A stretch of 64,000 bases of DNA from Podarcis muralis (Eukaryota): assembly GCF_964188315.1 (NCBI RefSeq), contig NC_135667.1, positions 24,800,001 through 24,864,000 on the forward strand, given 5' to 3'. The position numbers and the translations under genes were made by a program. How positions within the stretch are numbered: the stretch's first letter is position 1; each line of letters opens with the position of its first letter. The notes under the pieces were generated by a model. That model saw nothing but the letters and a program-made list of their open reading frames with translations, ran no database searches and was not told where the DNA came from. Shown here piece after piece: positions 11,022 through 23,247 of this stretch.

Positions 11022-11571
11022 TTTTTATAAAAACAAATCACTAAGATCCTTGCACCCTCTGGAACAAAATAGAAAGATAACTGTTAGCATAATTTACTAA
11101 GCAAGATTTACTTAATTCAGAAGAGAGTCAGGGGGGATTAAAAAAGATAAGGGAAATAAGCCACAAGTCTTAGAAGTGAACCTTTCAATACATGAAAACT
11201 TTAATGTGTTATTACAAGAGATAGTGACTCACCACTGCTTCCTTAACATCAGTGTTCTGCTGCTCATTTAATATGGGTTTACTTTGATCTTCTAAACACT
11301 CAGAACCTTGAGCTGTTATTATAGGTTAAACTTCTTTCAGCATTTGAATATAGGCACCTTAACAGGCCCCCAACCTCATTTGGGATAAAAACAGCCCCAC
11401 ATAACACTCATTTCATTCAAATTCGATGAGACAGGCTGTCATATGTCCCATTACTGGTATTTCAAAGGCATTTTGTGTTAAGCAACTTCCTAAAAACAAC
11501 AACAACAACAAAACACCTCAGCAATTTTGGGAGTTTTCTTAAAAAACACTGTGCTGAAAATGTGTTGCTCT

Positions 11572-11960
11572 TGTTAGGAAATCAAGCCTTTATCAGGAGA
11601 AACTGGCCACTCTCCAGGCACCCGGCTTGATCTCCTGGTGACCTCCCTGTCTGCATTCCCGAGCAGGATACAGGCTAGGTCGCGATCGGCGATCCTCCTC
11701 AACGTGAGAAGAACACACGACTCTTCCCTGCTTCCCCGGGCAGGGGAAAGAGATAGACAGAAATGTATTTACATGCCTTTATTTCTGTCTTTGCAGCATT
11801 ACAGAAAAACACGTCTGCTCTGTTCAAACTCCAACAGCATAGAGAACACAAACTCCACCTCCTGTACTTCCTGTACAGCTCATATTACACTCTGAGCTAA
11901 ATCCGGTGCTCAGCACTGTGAATAGACTGTCCCTCGGTTTCCCACGGAACAGTCCCAACA
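11572..11960 (-). mobile_element. Probable solo LTR (389 bp)
   Basis: Ends TGTTAGGA / TCCCAACA (7/8 inverted match); minus-strand AATAAA near 11780; TSD not found. Confidence 0.5.
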
Positions 11961-12039
11961 TTCCCATTATGTTTTGCTTTCATGCTAGCAGCTGCTCGCG
12001 GCCGCATTGCTTCTATATCGTAACAGCTCTACAAATGGA

Positions 12040-12870
12040 TAGCCCATAGTATCTGTAGCAGCCACAAAGGAAGTTAAGCATGGTTGTATCCTAGCTCCCA
12101 CACTGTTTAATTTATATATAAATATTGTCCAGAGTTGAACATCCCCAAAGTATCATGCCCCTAAATTGGCCACAAAAGCCATCTCTATATTATTATATTC
12201 AGATGATGCAGTCTTTCTATCTCAAACAAAAGTGGGCCTAAAAAGATTGATGAGGGCATTCACAGGATACTGCCAAAGAGACCAGTGGGCTGTGAATTAC
12301 AAGAAAAGGAATGCCATGGTGTTTTCAAGAAACTATAGGGCCCATAGATGGTATATGGATAATCAGTTGATCAAACAAGTTAAAGTTTTTAAATACCTTG
12401 GCCTTATTTTTCAGTCAACAGGGTAATGGGGAGAACATCAGAAATATGCAAAAGGAAAAAAGTCTCAAAGCACCAAAATTCTGACACACGTGTTCTGTAC
12501 AAAAGTTGGCAATCACATACCATCAGCACTTGAAGTGTTTAAAGCCGTAGCACATTTATTATATGGGGCTCAGATTTGCCCAGGCACTCACCTTGGATCT
12601 ACACAAGCTGTTCAGTCTAAGTTCCTAAAGCAATTTTTTCCTGTTCCATCCTGTGTTCCAAATGCTCCATTGAGCTTAGAGGCTAATCTCCTCTCTGCTG
12701 AATTACAGATTTGGTGTAGGACATTTAATTATTGGCTTTGACTAAATTTAAACCCCACTGGCCTACTACCCTTAGTATCACAAGATTGTCATGAGAGCCC
12801 TTGGATTAAAATTGTCAACCCAAAGGTTTACTTTTCTGGTTTATCAGCACAGTAGTTATTAATTAAAAAG
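12040..12870 (+). mobile_element. Non-LTR retrotransposon reverse transcriptase relic (possibly RTE-X-like; clade uncertain)
   Basis: In-frame EVKHGCILAPTLFNLYIN, LLYSDDAVFLS (YADD motif), FKYLGLIF, then HLLYGAQI; in-frame stops present. Confidence 0.85.
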
Positions 12871-13240
12871 CTCAACAACTCTATGCATACACTTCACACA
12901 CACACGTATTCTGCCCCTCACAAACAGGCATTTCCTACACTGATTGTAACAGAACAAAATAGTAAGAACAGCAAGGCAAGACTTTGTTCACAGGGCTGTT
13001 GCTGGGCCATTCAAATAATTCAGGCTTTACTACTTCTTAGCTGCACTGCCAGATTGGCTGAATGGTGAAGTAAAAATAAGCAATGTAAATGAGAGCAGAT
13101 TATTGGTTTGAAACACAAACTTCAGTTTAAGTATAGAGGTAAGCCACGTACAAATTTACAATGCGCTACAAAGCAGAAACCTGCAAACTAAGTTTCCTAC
13201 ATAGCCTATGCACTATCTAAGCAGTAAGCATGTTCTACAG

Positions 13241-13370
13241 CAGGGAGGAGGAATTTGTGACCCTCCAGATCTTGTTGGATGGACTCCCATCATTGCCAAC
13301 CAGCATAGCCAGGAATAAATGAGCATCGTAATCTAGAAACACCCAGAGTTTCACAGGTTCCTCAGCTCTG
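13241..13370. mobile_element. Palindromic hAT MITE (130 bp)
   Basis: Ends CAGGGAGGAGGAA / TTCCTCAGCTCTG; 8-bp TSD TTCTACAG / TTTTACAG (7/8). Confidence 0.75.
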
Positions 13371-15117
13371 TTTTACAGTCTTGCATATTATGCTCCCTTA
13401 CAATTTAGCCCCCGTGCGCCTACTTTTTCCTTTGATCATCCCAGCATAATTCCCTACCTCTTTTGATTGAAGGCATCCCTGAATAACTTTGACACATGTA
13501 CTGGATAACATGTACCTTTCATTAAATGCTTCATTAAGGCAAGAACTTTGAGATCTCAAAAGTTTATGAACACCCATCATTTGTGTAACATACCCTGCAG
13601 TATTGTTGAAGTGTACAGTATGTTTTGATTGAGCACAATCATGGCACCAAAAGCAGGATGTTTACACTTGGATAAAAACATCTATTACGCAGCCATTTTT
13701 GACCAGAATATCCTGAAATTCCATTACATTGTATCCCTTGTCAGACAGGATATTCACTAATTGTCTTGATTTATGATTAACAGAATTATTAAGGTTGTAA
13801 TGACAGAATGTTAAAAAGCTAGCTGCTGTACCACTCCAGTAGTAACCTGTAAATAGCATCAAAAGATCTTATTATTATTGAGAATCAATGTATAAATTTA
13901 ATAAATCTAATCTAAATCTAAGCTGTTTCTGCTGTACAAACCCTCTGTATTTCTGTGATACCTAAAATGTATCCCAATGCAGAGAATGACAATTTTTATA
14001 TATTGAATTTGAAAAAAGTGCAGTATATATCTGCCATTTTCTAAAGTATTAAGTAGATAAATGACTTACATTTATTCCATAGATTTCTATTGGCTTCTCG
14101 TGCACTTTCTGCTCCCAGAACTAAGTGTTTCCTAGTGTGCTAAGATGCATTATAAGTGTTCCCCTGCTCTTGCTGAGGCAGGGAAATCATATCTTTACTG
14201 GCAGTAAGAGTTTAACACAACCATCAGGAGGTGGTTTGTTAATATGATCTTAATTTCCCTGAGGACTTGGCCTCAGCAAGGCACTTCAAGCCATGAGTGC
14301 AGGTGTGTAGAAAAATTAATTTTACAATCTATGTTCTCCTAACGTAATTAAGAGAAACTTTATCTATAGGAGTTTCTGACAATGGCATAGCGTTCAAAAC
14401 AATCAATATTGCATACAATGACTCATAGACAATATACAGGGTTTAAGATGGGGATCTTTTCTAGTCAACTTCTAGATGCTGAGGAACCTGATACCTGCTG
14501 AATTAAAAGCATGTGGCCGACCATTGAGCTATGGCTTAAGGTGGCATGCGTAGGAAATCTGATGATAAAACTATTCATATCATTGCTTTACTGGTCTCGA
14601 GCATTTGCCTTTGCAACTATTTGTTGTAAGATTTGGGGCTACTACTGTTACAGAAAGGACCAAAGGCTTCAGTAATGGGTGATAATGGCAGCTTGTGGAA
14701 AAACAAAAATGTTGTGGCCATTTTGGTTTTGCAAGTTAATGGAATTTCTAGCTTCATAAAACACCAGAAGAAGAAAAAAGTGCCCTGCAGGACACCATAA
14801 CATCTCTGGACATTACCTTGCAAGTAGAAATGTTGCCATTGTGACAGTGCTCATGATAGCATCCCACAGAGCTTGTTCAGCAGAACACCATGTTCAATAA
14901 TATCAAAAGCTGTTGAGAGATCTAGTAGGACAGCCAGGTTACACTTCCTGTCTCTACCTCAGACACATAAGATATTAGACACCTCAAATGGAACTGCCAC
15001 AGTTGTGGCATTCAAGTCTCTATGAAGTTGAGTGAGATTACTCTCAAAGTATTAAGCAGACCATTTGCAGTTGGCCTCCACATGATCCAGAGCCCCATCC
15101 CTCATATCTGATGTGAC

Positions 15118-15564
15118 TGTTACAATTCCTGCTCCATGATTTCAGTCATGGGATTTTTGTCTATCACATGACAGTGTATGTTTTGACTCCACAGAGTGGG
15201 AAGTGACGGAGACAGGATGTTTGTGTTACTGTGTTCCATGAAGTGGGACTATTGTCCTTTGTTCGTTTTCTTTTTGCTGTCTGATGCTAGAGAGAGAGGG
15301 AGCCATGTTGCAGTGCTCTGTGTGTGTTTATATGTAAATAAAGTAGACTAGCCAAAATGCTGAGTTGATGAGGTCTGTTACGCAAACTGCGAACACTCTG
15401 AGGATCCCTAAGTGTGCTGATGTCTATTAGCATTGGTCGCTGTGATGTTCAGGCAGAAGAAAGCTTCTGAAGCTTCAGAACGAAAGACCAGGAGGGAGAG
15501 AACATGCCAGTCAGGCATGTGTTTCTGCCAGGGTCATACTCGAGTGAAGGACAAGCTCCTGACA
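15118..15564 (+). mobile_element. Solo LTR (447 bp)
   Basis: TGTTA...TGACA termini; perfect 5-bp TSD GTGAC (15113-15117 and 15565-15569); AATAAA near 15337. Confidence 0.88.
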
Positions 15565-17124
15565 GTGACAAGCCTCTGAACCTCATAGAAAATCTCAGCT
15601 GGAACAGTGGGAATATATGTGGATTAAAGGGCTAAAATTTATATTGTGTTATTATACCACTTTAAACAGTCAAAGAATTCTGGGAGCTGTAGTTTGTTAG
15701 GGCTGCTGAGAGTTGTTAGGAGACCCATATTCCCTTCACAAAGTTTGAACTCTAAAAGTGGTTAAACAAGCCCTGTTTCCAGGGAAATGTGGAAATTGTA
15801 GCTATGTGATGATTGCTTAGTGGTCTGATACTGTTTTAAATGTATAGTGCAAATAAATGTAATGAATTGATAAATAAATAAATGTTCGTGTACTCTCACA
15901 TACATTCATTATCTATTAATTATATTTTCAGAAATAGCGGAAAATCTATTTTCCTTGGGGGAGTTCTTTGCCCAGTTGTGTTGAACTCTTGGGAGCATGT
16001 GCCAGGGAAACACAACAAACATAACAATATAGGGACAATTTTGTACTGCCAATGAAAGCAGACTTTTCACTGCCTTGGAGGGTGGGAGGCAATGGAGTGG
16101 GGTGAGGGAACATAAATAAAATTTCAGCTGTGCCCGTATGGGTAGATGGATATCTAAAGACAACAGAGAGGAAGAGACATCATAATTTGGGGGGGGGGGG
16201 AGTTGACATGAAGAAAAATAGTAAGTTATTAATATCATTTTACCTTGAATGACTGGACATGTATGTCTTTCTTTAACAAACTAACTAACTAACTAGTCAT
16301 CAAATCCCTACATTTCTTCTCTTGAAATGATTGTCCCACTTAAATCAGAGCATGTGAGCTGCCTATAGAGGAACTGCTAATGGGATACTTTCATTTGGCA
16401 AGGTAAACAGTACTATAATCTGAAAACCAAATATGAGATACTGGCTCTTACACGGATTAATTCTGTTTCCTACAACATGCAGTATTCAGATCATTTCCAG
16501 AGGGGTAGTCATATGTCATCCAAGTGGAAATATATTAATCTGCATTATTTAAAAGAGTTTATTATAGCCTTTGGTGACAACAATCCAACCTTAAGGAACT
16601 ACATATGTGTTTATTTTATGTTATCCTGAAAGTTTGTGACCAACTGAGAGACTCTTTATAGAACATTAATTAGAATTACACAAGCAAAATTTAAATGAGT
16701 ACAAAGTCGAAGCTCTCAGAATTCTCCATTCCATTTTGCATGAATGGGGAGGCAAGCTGCTTCTCCTCTTCGTACTCTTTGAATACATCCTCCTCTACAT
16801 CTGAGGTAAGACTGGGAAGGGAGACATAGCAATAGTCTTTAAGTAATGCCAATATTCCCTTTATTGTGTGAAAGGGAAACAAGAACAACCTGAGACCTAC
16901 AGTGCTTCTCTGGGAACTGAGCATCATTAAAAACTGTTTGGGAATACATAGCAAAATACATCAGCTAACACGTATTTTATTTCAAGCTCTATTTTGGGCT
17001 AAGAATATCCGTACCCTTTAGATAATGAAACAGCATCTCCTAAATAGCCCAAATAAAGTGAACATTTTAGTGAACCATAGTGCTACAGTGCATGTTGGGA
17101 AGCTACACTAACAGTATAATACAA

Positions 17125-17716
17125 TGTGATGCACAGAGGCCCCATTGTTGCTGAAAAGCAGAAAGGCAGAACATGGTGGGGCCAACTCGGGTGGCAGAAA
17201 AGGGCATTGTGCGGGCTCCTTAGTCTGGTAGAGTGGTGGCTTGAAATACCACTTCCAATACATGGGTCAAATTTTCGGGGTACCCTGTTAAAGAGATTCA
17301 GGGGGGATGTATTTTTTCCGAATTCCCAGATGGGTGTCAACCAGTCATAGAACTCCCTAAGATGGCATTCTGGAGGGATTTTAGAGAAATTATACACCTC
17401 ATAAAGGTAAAGGGACCCTTGACCATTAGGTCCAGTCATGACCAACTCTAGGGTTGCGGCATTCATCTCGCTTTATTGGCCGAGGGAGCCGGCGTACAGC
17501 TTCCGGGTCATATGGCCAGCATGACTAAGCCGCTTCTGGCAAACTAGAGCAGTGCATGGAAATGCCACCCAACATCAACACTGAAGGAATAATCTCCTGT
17601 GGGTTGGGCGATTCAGGGTGTACAACCAATTCCTTTGTGAAAACCTACTACTATCTCTAATCAATAAACTTCTCCTTCATGAAGCCCATCCCTCAGTGGC
17701 CAAGGCTCACTTCACA
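17125..17716 (+). mobile_element. Possible solo LTR hosting a Sauria SINE
   Basis: TGTGA...TCACA termini, AATAAA near 17664, absent from the OR4 unit; no TSD. Confidence 0.45.
17402..17566 (-). mobile_element. Sauria SINE, 5'-truncated
   Basis: Tail TAAAGGTAAAGG then GGACCC.TGACCATTAGGTCCAGTC...GCCGAGGGAGCCGGCGTACAGCTTCCGGGTCA; retains many CpGs, suggesting a young copy. Confidence 0.9.
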
Positions 17717-17922
17717 TGGGCCCTCAAAATATCCATAAGCCACAAAGAAAAGCTAGATGATTTAGTGTTGAACATATGATAGTTATACATTTAGTGTGAA
17801 ATGTTCTAATTGTGTGTTCATAAATGGTTTGATATTTATTCAACAAACTGCTTCAAACTGAATTAAATACAGAGTTGTTGTTTTCTTCCAGGCTTGCCAT
17901 GCTACTTAACATTAAGTAAAAA

Positions 17923-18840
17923 ATGGATAATCAAACATCAGTGTCTGAGTTTCTTCTCTTGGAATTCTCAGAAGTTCGGGAACTGCAGATGCTACACTTC
18001 TTTCTCTTCCTTGGAATGTTCTTAGCAACTGTGACAGGGAATCTTCTCATAATCTTGGCAGTAGCTTTCGACCACCGCTTACACACCCCAATGTACTTCT
18101 TTCTGGTGAATTTGGCAATGCAGGACCTTGGCTCTGTTTCAGTTATTATTCCCAAATCCATGGCCAATTCCCTCATGAACACAAGGCACATTTCATATTT
18201 TGGATGTGTTTTTCAGGTTCTCTTGTTCTTCCTCTTTGTTGGATGTGATGTTTACCTCCTTACAGTCATGGCATATGATCGGTACGTTGCCATTTGTGAT
18301 CCCCTGCAATATGAAATGATAATGAACAGGAGAGCTTGCACCCAAATGGTTGCTGGTGTGTGGTTTGGTGGTCTTCTAAATGCAGTTTTAAATACTGGTG
18401 GAACGTTTTCAATGCCCTTCTGTTCCAATGTTGTCAATCAGTTCTTCTGTGAAATCCCACAGTTACTTAAGCTTGCGTGTTCTGACTTGTACCTAATTGA
18501 AATTGGAATTGTTATGCTTAGTACTACTGTTGGGGTTGGTTGCTTCATTTTCATCATTGTTACTTATGTACACATCTTCAGTGCTGTTCTGAAAATCCCT
18601 TCAGCTGAGGGAAGAAGAAAGGCCTTCTCAACTTGTCTACCCCACCTCATTGTCTTATCCACATTTTTCCTTACAGCAGGCTTTGCTTACCTCAGACCCA
18701 CCTCTAATACTGCCACACAACTGGATTTGGTGTTTTCTATACTATATTCTATGGTTCCTCCCATGCTGAATCCAGTAATTTACAGCATCAGAAATAAGGA
18801 CCTCAAGGTTGCCCTGGCAAAACTTTTAGGTCTGAGGTAA
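17923..18840 (+). CDS. OR3: olfactory receptor, family-14-like, 305 aa, intact
   Basis: All OR motifs present (LHTPMYFFL, MAYDRYVAIC, KAFSTC, PPMLNPVIY). Confidence 0.97.
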   Translation: MDNQTSVSEFLLLEFSEVRELQMLHFFLFLGMFLATVTGNLLIILAVAFDHRLHTPMYFFLVNLAMQDLGSVSVIIPKSMANSLMNTRHISYFGCVFQVLLFFLFVGCDVYLLTVMAYDRYVAICDPLQYEMIMNRRACTQMVAGVWFGGLLNAVLNTGGTFSMPFCSNVVNQFFCEIPQLLKLACSDLYLIEIGIVMLSTTVGVGCFIFIIVTYVHIFSAVLKIPSAEGRRKAFSTCLPHLIVLSTFFLTAGFAYLRPTSNTATQLDLVFSILYSMVPPMLNPVIYSIRNKDLKVALAKLLGLR

Positions 18841-19929
18841 TCTTTTAAAAATGTTTTCTCTGTTGCTTTCTTTAAGCAATGGTTTGGTTTGTACTTTTTT
18901 GTCCTATTATTTTATAGAGAAAAGAAATAAGCAATGCTTGGGATTAAATCTACAATGGACCTTTCGGGGTAATAGTGGGGGAGTGGGTCTAGATTGAATT
19001 CTAAACTTATTCAGCTCAGTTACATGGTCTAGCCCCCTGCATAGAAGACTATTTGAAAGGTGTGCTTTCCTTCTGTCAGGCATAGGCAGAGTAGCAGCCC
19101 AGCCGTGCTGCTGAATGGTGTTTGGCTCTAGTGTAACATTACACTGGTTTAACATACACCAGCTTCCTTCAAATGAACTTCATGTGCATAGGATTGTTAT
19201 CTTTGTATATCCTTTCACAGAGAGAATTTAGCAGTTTAACTTAAAAAAGAGTAATACCCAATTTAAGGGCTTCTCCACACTTCTACTTGTCCCCTGCTTA
19301 GAAATCACAGGTCTGAGCAGCTTTCTGGGTCCAAGCAGTTTTGCCTTTGCTCTGCCTCTTTCCTCCAGAAAATCCACTCTTCTGTGCTAAATTGGAATGA
19401 ACAGAAATCCAAGGAAAACCTGACTGCTGTTTGTTCCAATTCAGTGCTCAAGATAGGATCCCCCCCCAACTCTACTGATGTAATCTGTAGCAGCAATTTA
19501 CCAAAATCCATTCCTCCATACTATGATCCTCTTGTAACTTTCTAGCCCATTTCCTCATAAATGGTCCTCTTTGGGTATCAAATTCAATAATTATAAATAT
19601 CACCTATTCAACATGTATCATTTGCTGATGTTAATAAAATTCCAAATTTTGGTTCAGCTCTTTACTCTCCATATTTTTCATTAAGTACAATAATGCACCA
19701 CTTCTATATATATATTTCCCATCAGTCTGGAGATTTCAGCAAATGGTTTCACATCTTTTATAGTAACTACTTTTGTGTCCAATTCTGTTTGAAACCATGG
19801 TGGCAAACCATATGTATGTATGAAAAAATATTGTGAAATGGTTATGTATGTTACAAAAGGTCTGGACACATTCCACCACCACCCCCTTTATTTTTCACCA
19901 TTGGTGCACACCACCCCAATATCCCCAAA

Positions 19930-20400
19930 CATTGTGGGATGCAAAGGAGTCCTGGGAAGTTACCCAGGGTCTGTGTTTCTTTTTGGACAATGAGGCATGG
20001 TGGAGACTCAGGTGTCTTTAATATATATGGTTTATTTATACATGTCTACAACCTGAGCCTAGATAGAGATGTTCAATTCATTACAATCCAAGAGGATTGC
20101 TTGCTTTTCCCATACGCACAGCAGGCTTGCATCTGAGAAATCAGCCATGTTCTCTATCTTTTTATTATAGCCTTTTACAGTCAACTCCCTTGATGCTCTT
20201 CGGGCCCCGTGCTTCCTCCTTGTTGCTACTAACTCAGAGAAAAATTATACATCTCTGAGCCTTGTCATTTAAACTGAAATTCTACACCCTTTAAACACTT
20301 TTGTCTCTGCCCATTAAAACACAGCTGAAGGAGGGGCCGCAGCCCCACTCCAACCCTCCCCAACTCGCAAAGTCGTCACTCTTTTGATGGCTGCACAATC
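19930..20400 (-). mobile_element. LTR-like relic related to about 61460-61900
   Basis: Shared segment CCCAG.GTCTGTGTT.CTTT...AATGAGGCA...TGTCTTTA...TTTATTT.ATACAT at both loci; ends unresolved. Confidence 0.4.
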
Positions 20401-22711
20401 AAAGGGCAACGAGGGCTGGAGTGGATGCAACTTTACTAAGATCAATCTGCACATGTCTATACAATATAGACTTGGCAATTAATCACTGTCATCAGTTCTC
20501 CCTATTTTTTTAAAAGACCCTCACAGGAGAGCAAATTATTAAGTTCCCACCTTTTATTTTGGCTGTGTCTGAGTAGGCATAATCATTTAGCCCACAAATC
20601 TTAAGACTAGAGAATGTGCTTCCCAAGTGTAAAGAAAAATTATGGGCCAAAGACATCCCAAGTTAGGCCATGTTCAACAGAATTAAGTAAGTTTTTTTAC
20701 TTATTATTTTGCGTAAATTGCATATACAAACATATATGGTAGATGAGAACAAAATACATCATTTCAGGAAAGTGAATATAAAATGTCTATTTGAGTAGTG
20801 TACTTTAGAAAATATATACAATTTCAATGTGCTTATTTTTTGCACATTTGTTGTTGCTGCTGGTGTTGGCACCCATCTGTCTGGAGAGAAAATGGGATAA
20901 GTCAAACTACTGCAGAATCATAAGGCCTTTGAAAATTTAAAGCATTAAAAATTTTTTCTGTCTACTCAGAAGACCTGTTGGACTCAATTGGTCTTACTCC
21001 AAGCAAGATCCCATCTGCACCATGCAATTAAAGCAGTATTATACAACTTTTAACAGTTATAGATTCACCCAAAGAATCTGGGGAGCTGTAGTTTGTTAGG
21101 GGTCCTAAGGGTCACTAGGACACCCCTATTACCTCCACAGAATTTAAACTCTGAAAGTGGTTTAACAATACGTATTTCCAGGGAAATCTGGGAATTGTAG
21201 CTCTGTGATGATAGTTTAGTGGTATGATACTGTTTTAAATGGATAGTTCAAATGGGGCCTAAATGTGTATAGAACAGCATCCTGGTCAATAACATGCAAC
21301 GATTAATCTAAAAGCACAAATTCAGAAACTAAAACCTGCTAAATCTTCATCGTTTAAAAACTATCAGAGAAGGACTTAATATTCTGTTACTGGATTATGT
21401 GCTTTTTAAATCATTTAAATCGTTCATTGCTCATAGAACCCCAGTTATAACTTATGGGTGGATAATAAATATAATGAATTGATAGATAAATAAATAAATG
21501 TACTTTCAAAGACATTCATTATCTTTTAATTATATTTTCAGAAATAGCAGAAAATCTATTTTTCTTGGGGGAGTTCTTTGCCCAGTTGTGTTGAACTCTT
21601 GAGAGCATGTGCCAGTGAACACAACAAACCTAATAACATGGTGGCAATCTTGTACTGCCAATGAAAACAGACTTTTGGCTGCCTTGGAGGGTGGGAGGCA
21701 ATGGTACAGGGTAAGAGAGCATACATAAAATTTCAGCTGTGCCCGTATGGATAGATGGATATCTAAAGACAACAGAGAGGAAGACACATCATCATTTGGA
21801 GGAAAAAAACAGCATGAAGAAAAATAGTAAGTTATTAATATCATTTTACCTTGAATGACTGGACATGTATGTCTTTCTTTAACTAACTAACTAGTCACCA
21901 AATCCCTACATTTTCCTCTTGAAATGATTGTCCCACTTAAATCAAAGCATGTGAGCTGCCTATAGAGGAACTGCTAATGGGATACTTTCATTTGGCAATG
22001 TAAATAGTACTATAATCTAAGAACCAAATATGAGATTTTGGCTCTTACACGGATTAATTCTATTTCCTACAACATGCAGTATTCAGATCATTTCCAGAGG
22101 GGTAGTCATATGTCATCCATTCAAGTGGAAACACATTAATTGCATTAATAAAAAGACTTTACTGTAACTGTTGATGACTACAATCCAAACTTAAGAAGAA
22201 CTACATGTGTGTTTATTTTATGTTATCCTGAAAGTTTGTGACAAACTGAGGGACCTTTTATAGACCACTAACCAGATTTATATAAGCAAAATTTAAATTA
22301 ATACAAAGTTGAAGCTCTCAGAAACCCCCTTCATTTTGCATGAATGGAGAGGGAAGCTACTTGTCCTCTTGGTACTCTTTGACTACATCCTCCTCTACAT
22401 CTGAGGTAAGACCGGGAAGAGAGACATAGCAATAGTCTTTAAGTAATACCCATATTCCATTCATTGTGTGAAAGGGAAACAAGAACAACCTGAGACCTAG
22501 AGTGCTTCTCTGGGAACTGAGCATCATTAAAAACTGTTTGGGAATACATAGCAAAATAAACCAGCAAACAGTTATTTTATTTCAAGCTGTATTTTGGGCT
22601 AAGAAAATCCGGTACCCTTTAGATAATGAAACAGCATCTCCCAAACAGCCCAAATGAAATGAACATTTTACTGACCCATACTGCTACAGTGTATGTTGGG
22701 AAGCTACACTA

Positions 22712-23113
22712 AATTTTCAGAGACACCGTTGATGGAATCTTTCAAGGAGTTGGAGATGATGTTTATAAGTATTCCATGCTTAACAAGCATACAGTAAGGT
22801 TGGTAGTACAATAGCTTTGTAAACAAGCATTTTAGTTTCCCCACGAATGTCCCAATCTGCATTTCAATCTGGAGAAAGCTGTGCTCACTGAGCTCAGGCA
22901 ATACTGGATGCTGGCATCAATGTCAGTCCTTGTGGAAAGATAACTGCCCAGGTAGGAGAAGTGAATGACCCTTTCCAACGTTACACCATTGAGTTTGATT
23001 TGTGGCATTGCAGAGTGGTTGTTTTGTGCTTGTTGGTGCAGCACTTTTTTTTTTTGGATGTTGAGCAACAGGCCAACCTTTTTCTTAGCTTCTGCGAAGA
23101 TCCTCTATGGGAA
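22712..23113 (-). mobile_element. RTE-clade LINE ORF fragment (post-RT region)
   Basis: LNIQKKKVLHQ..PQIKLNGVTLERVIHFSYLGSYLS..IDASIQY..S.AFSRLK is typical of RTE elements; absent from the OR3 unit. Confidence 0.85.
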
Positions 23114-23247
23114 ATTTAGTGTGACGGATTCTAATTGTGTGTTCATAAATGGTTTGATATTTATTCATTAAACCGCTTCAAACTGAATTAAATACAGAGT
23201 TGTTGTTTTCTTCCAGGGTTGCCATGCTACTTAACATTAAGTAAAAA

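Larger units (their letters stand above)
11059..14069 (-). other. Predicted 5'UTR intron of OR2 (expanded by TE insertions)
   Basis: Minus-strand donor AAAT|GTAAGT at 14069 and acceptor TTTTGTTCCAG| ending at 11059; both are homologous to the OR1 sites. Confidence 0.6.
16221..17891 (+). other. Predicted 5'UTR intron of OR3 (OR4 equivalent 21827-23216)
   Basis: Donor AAATA|GTAAGT lies downstream of a block resembling the OR1/OR2 upstream block; acceptor TTGTTTTCTTCCAG| is 31 nt upstream of the ATG. Confidence 0.5.
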
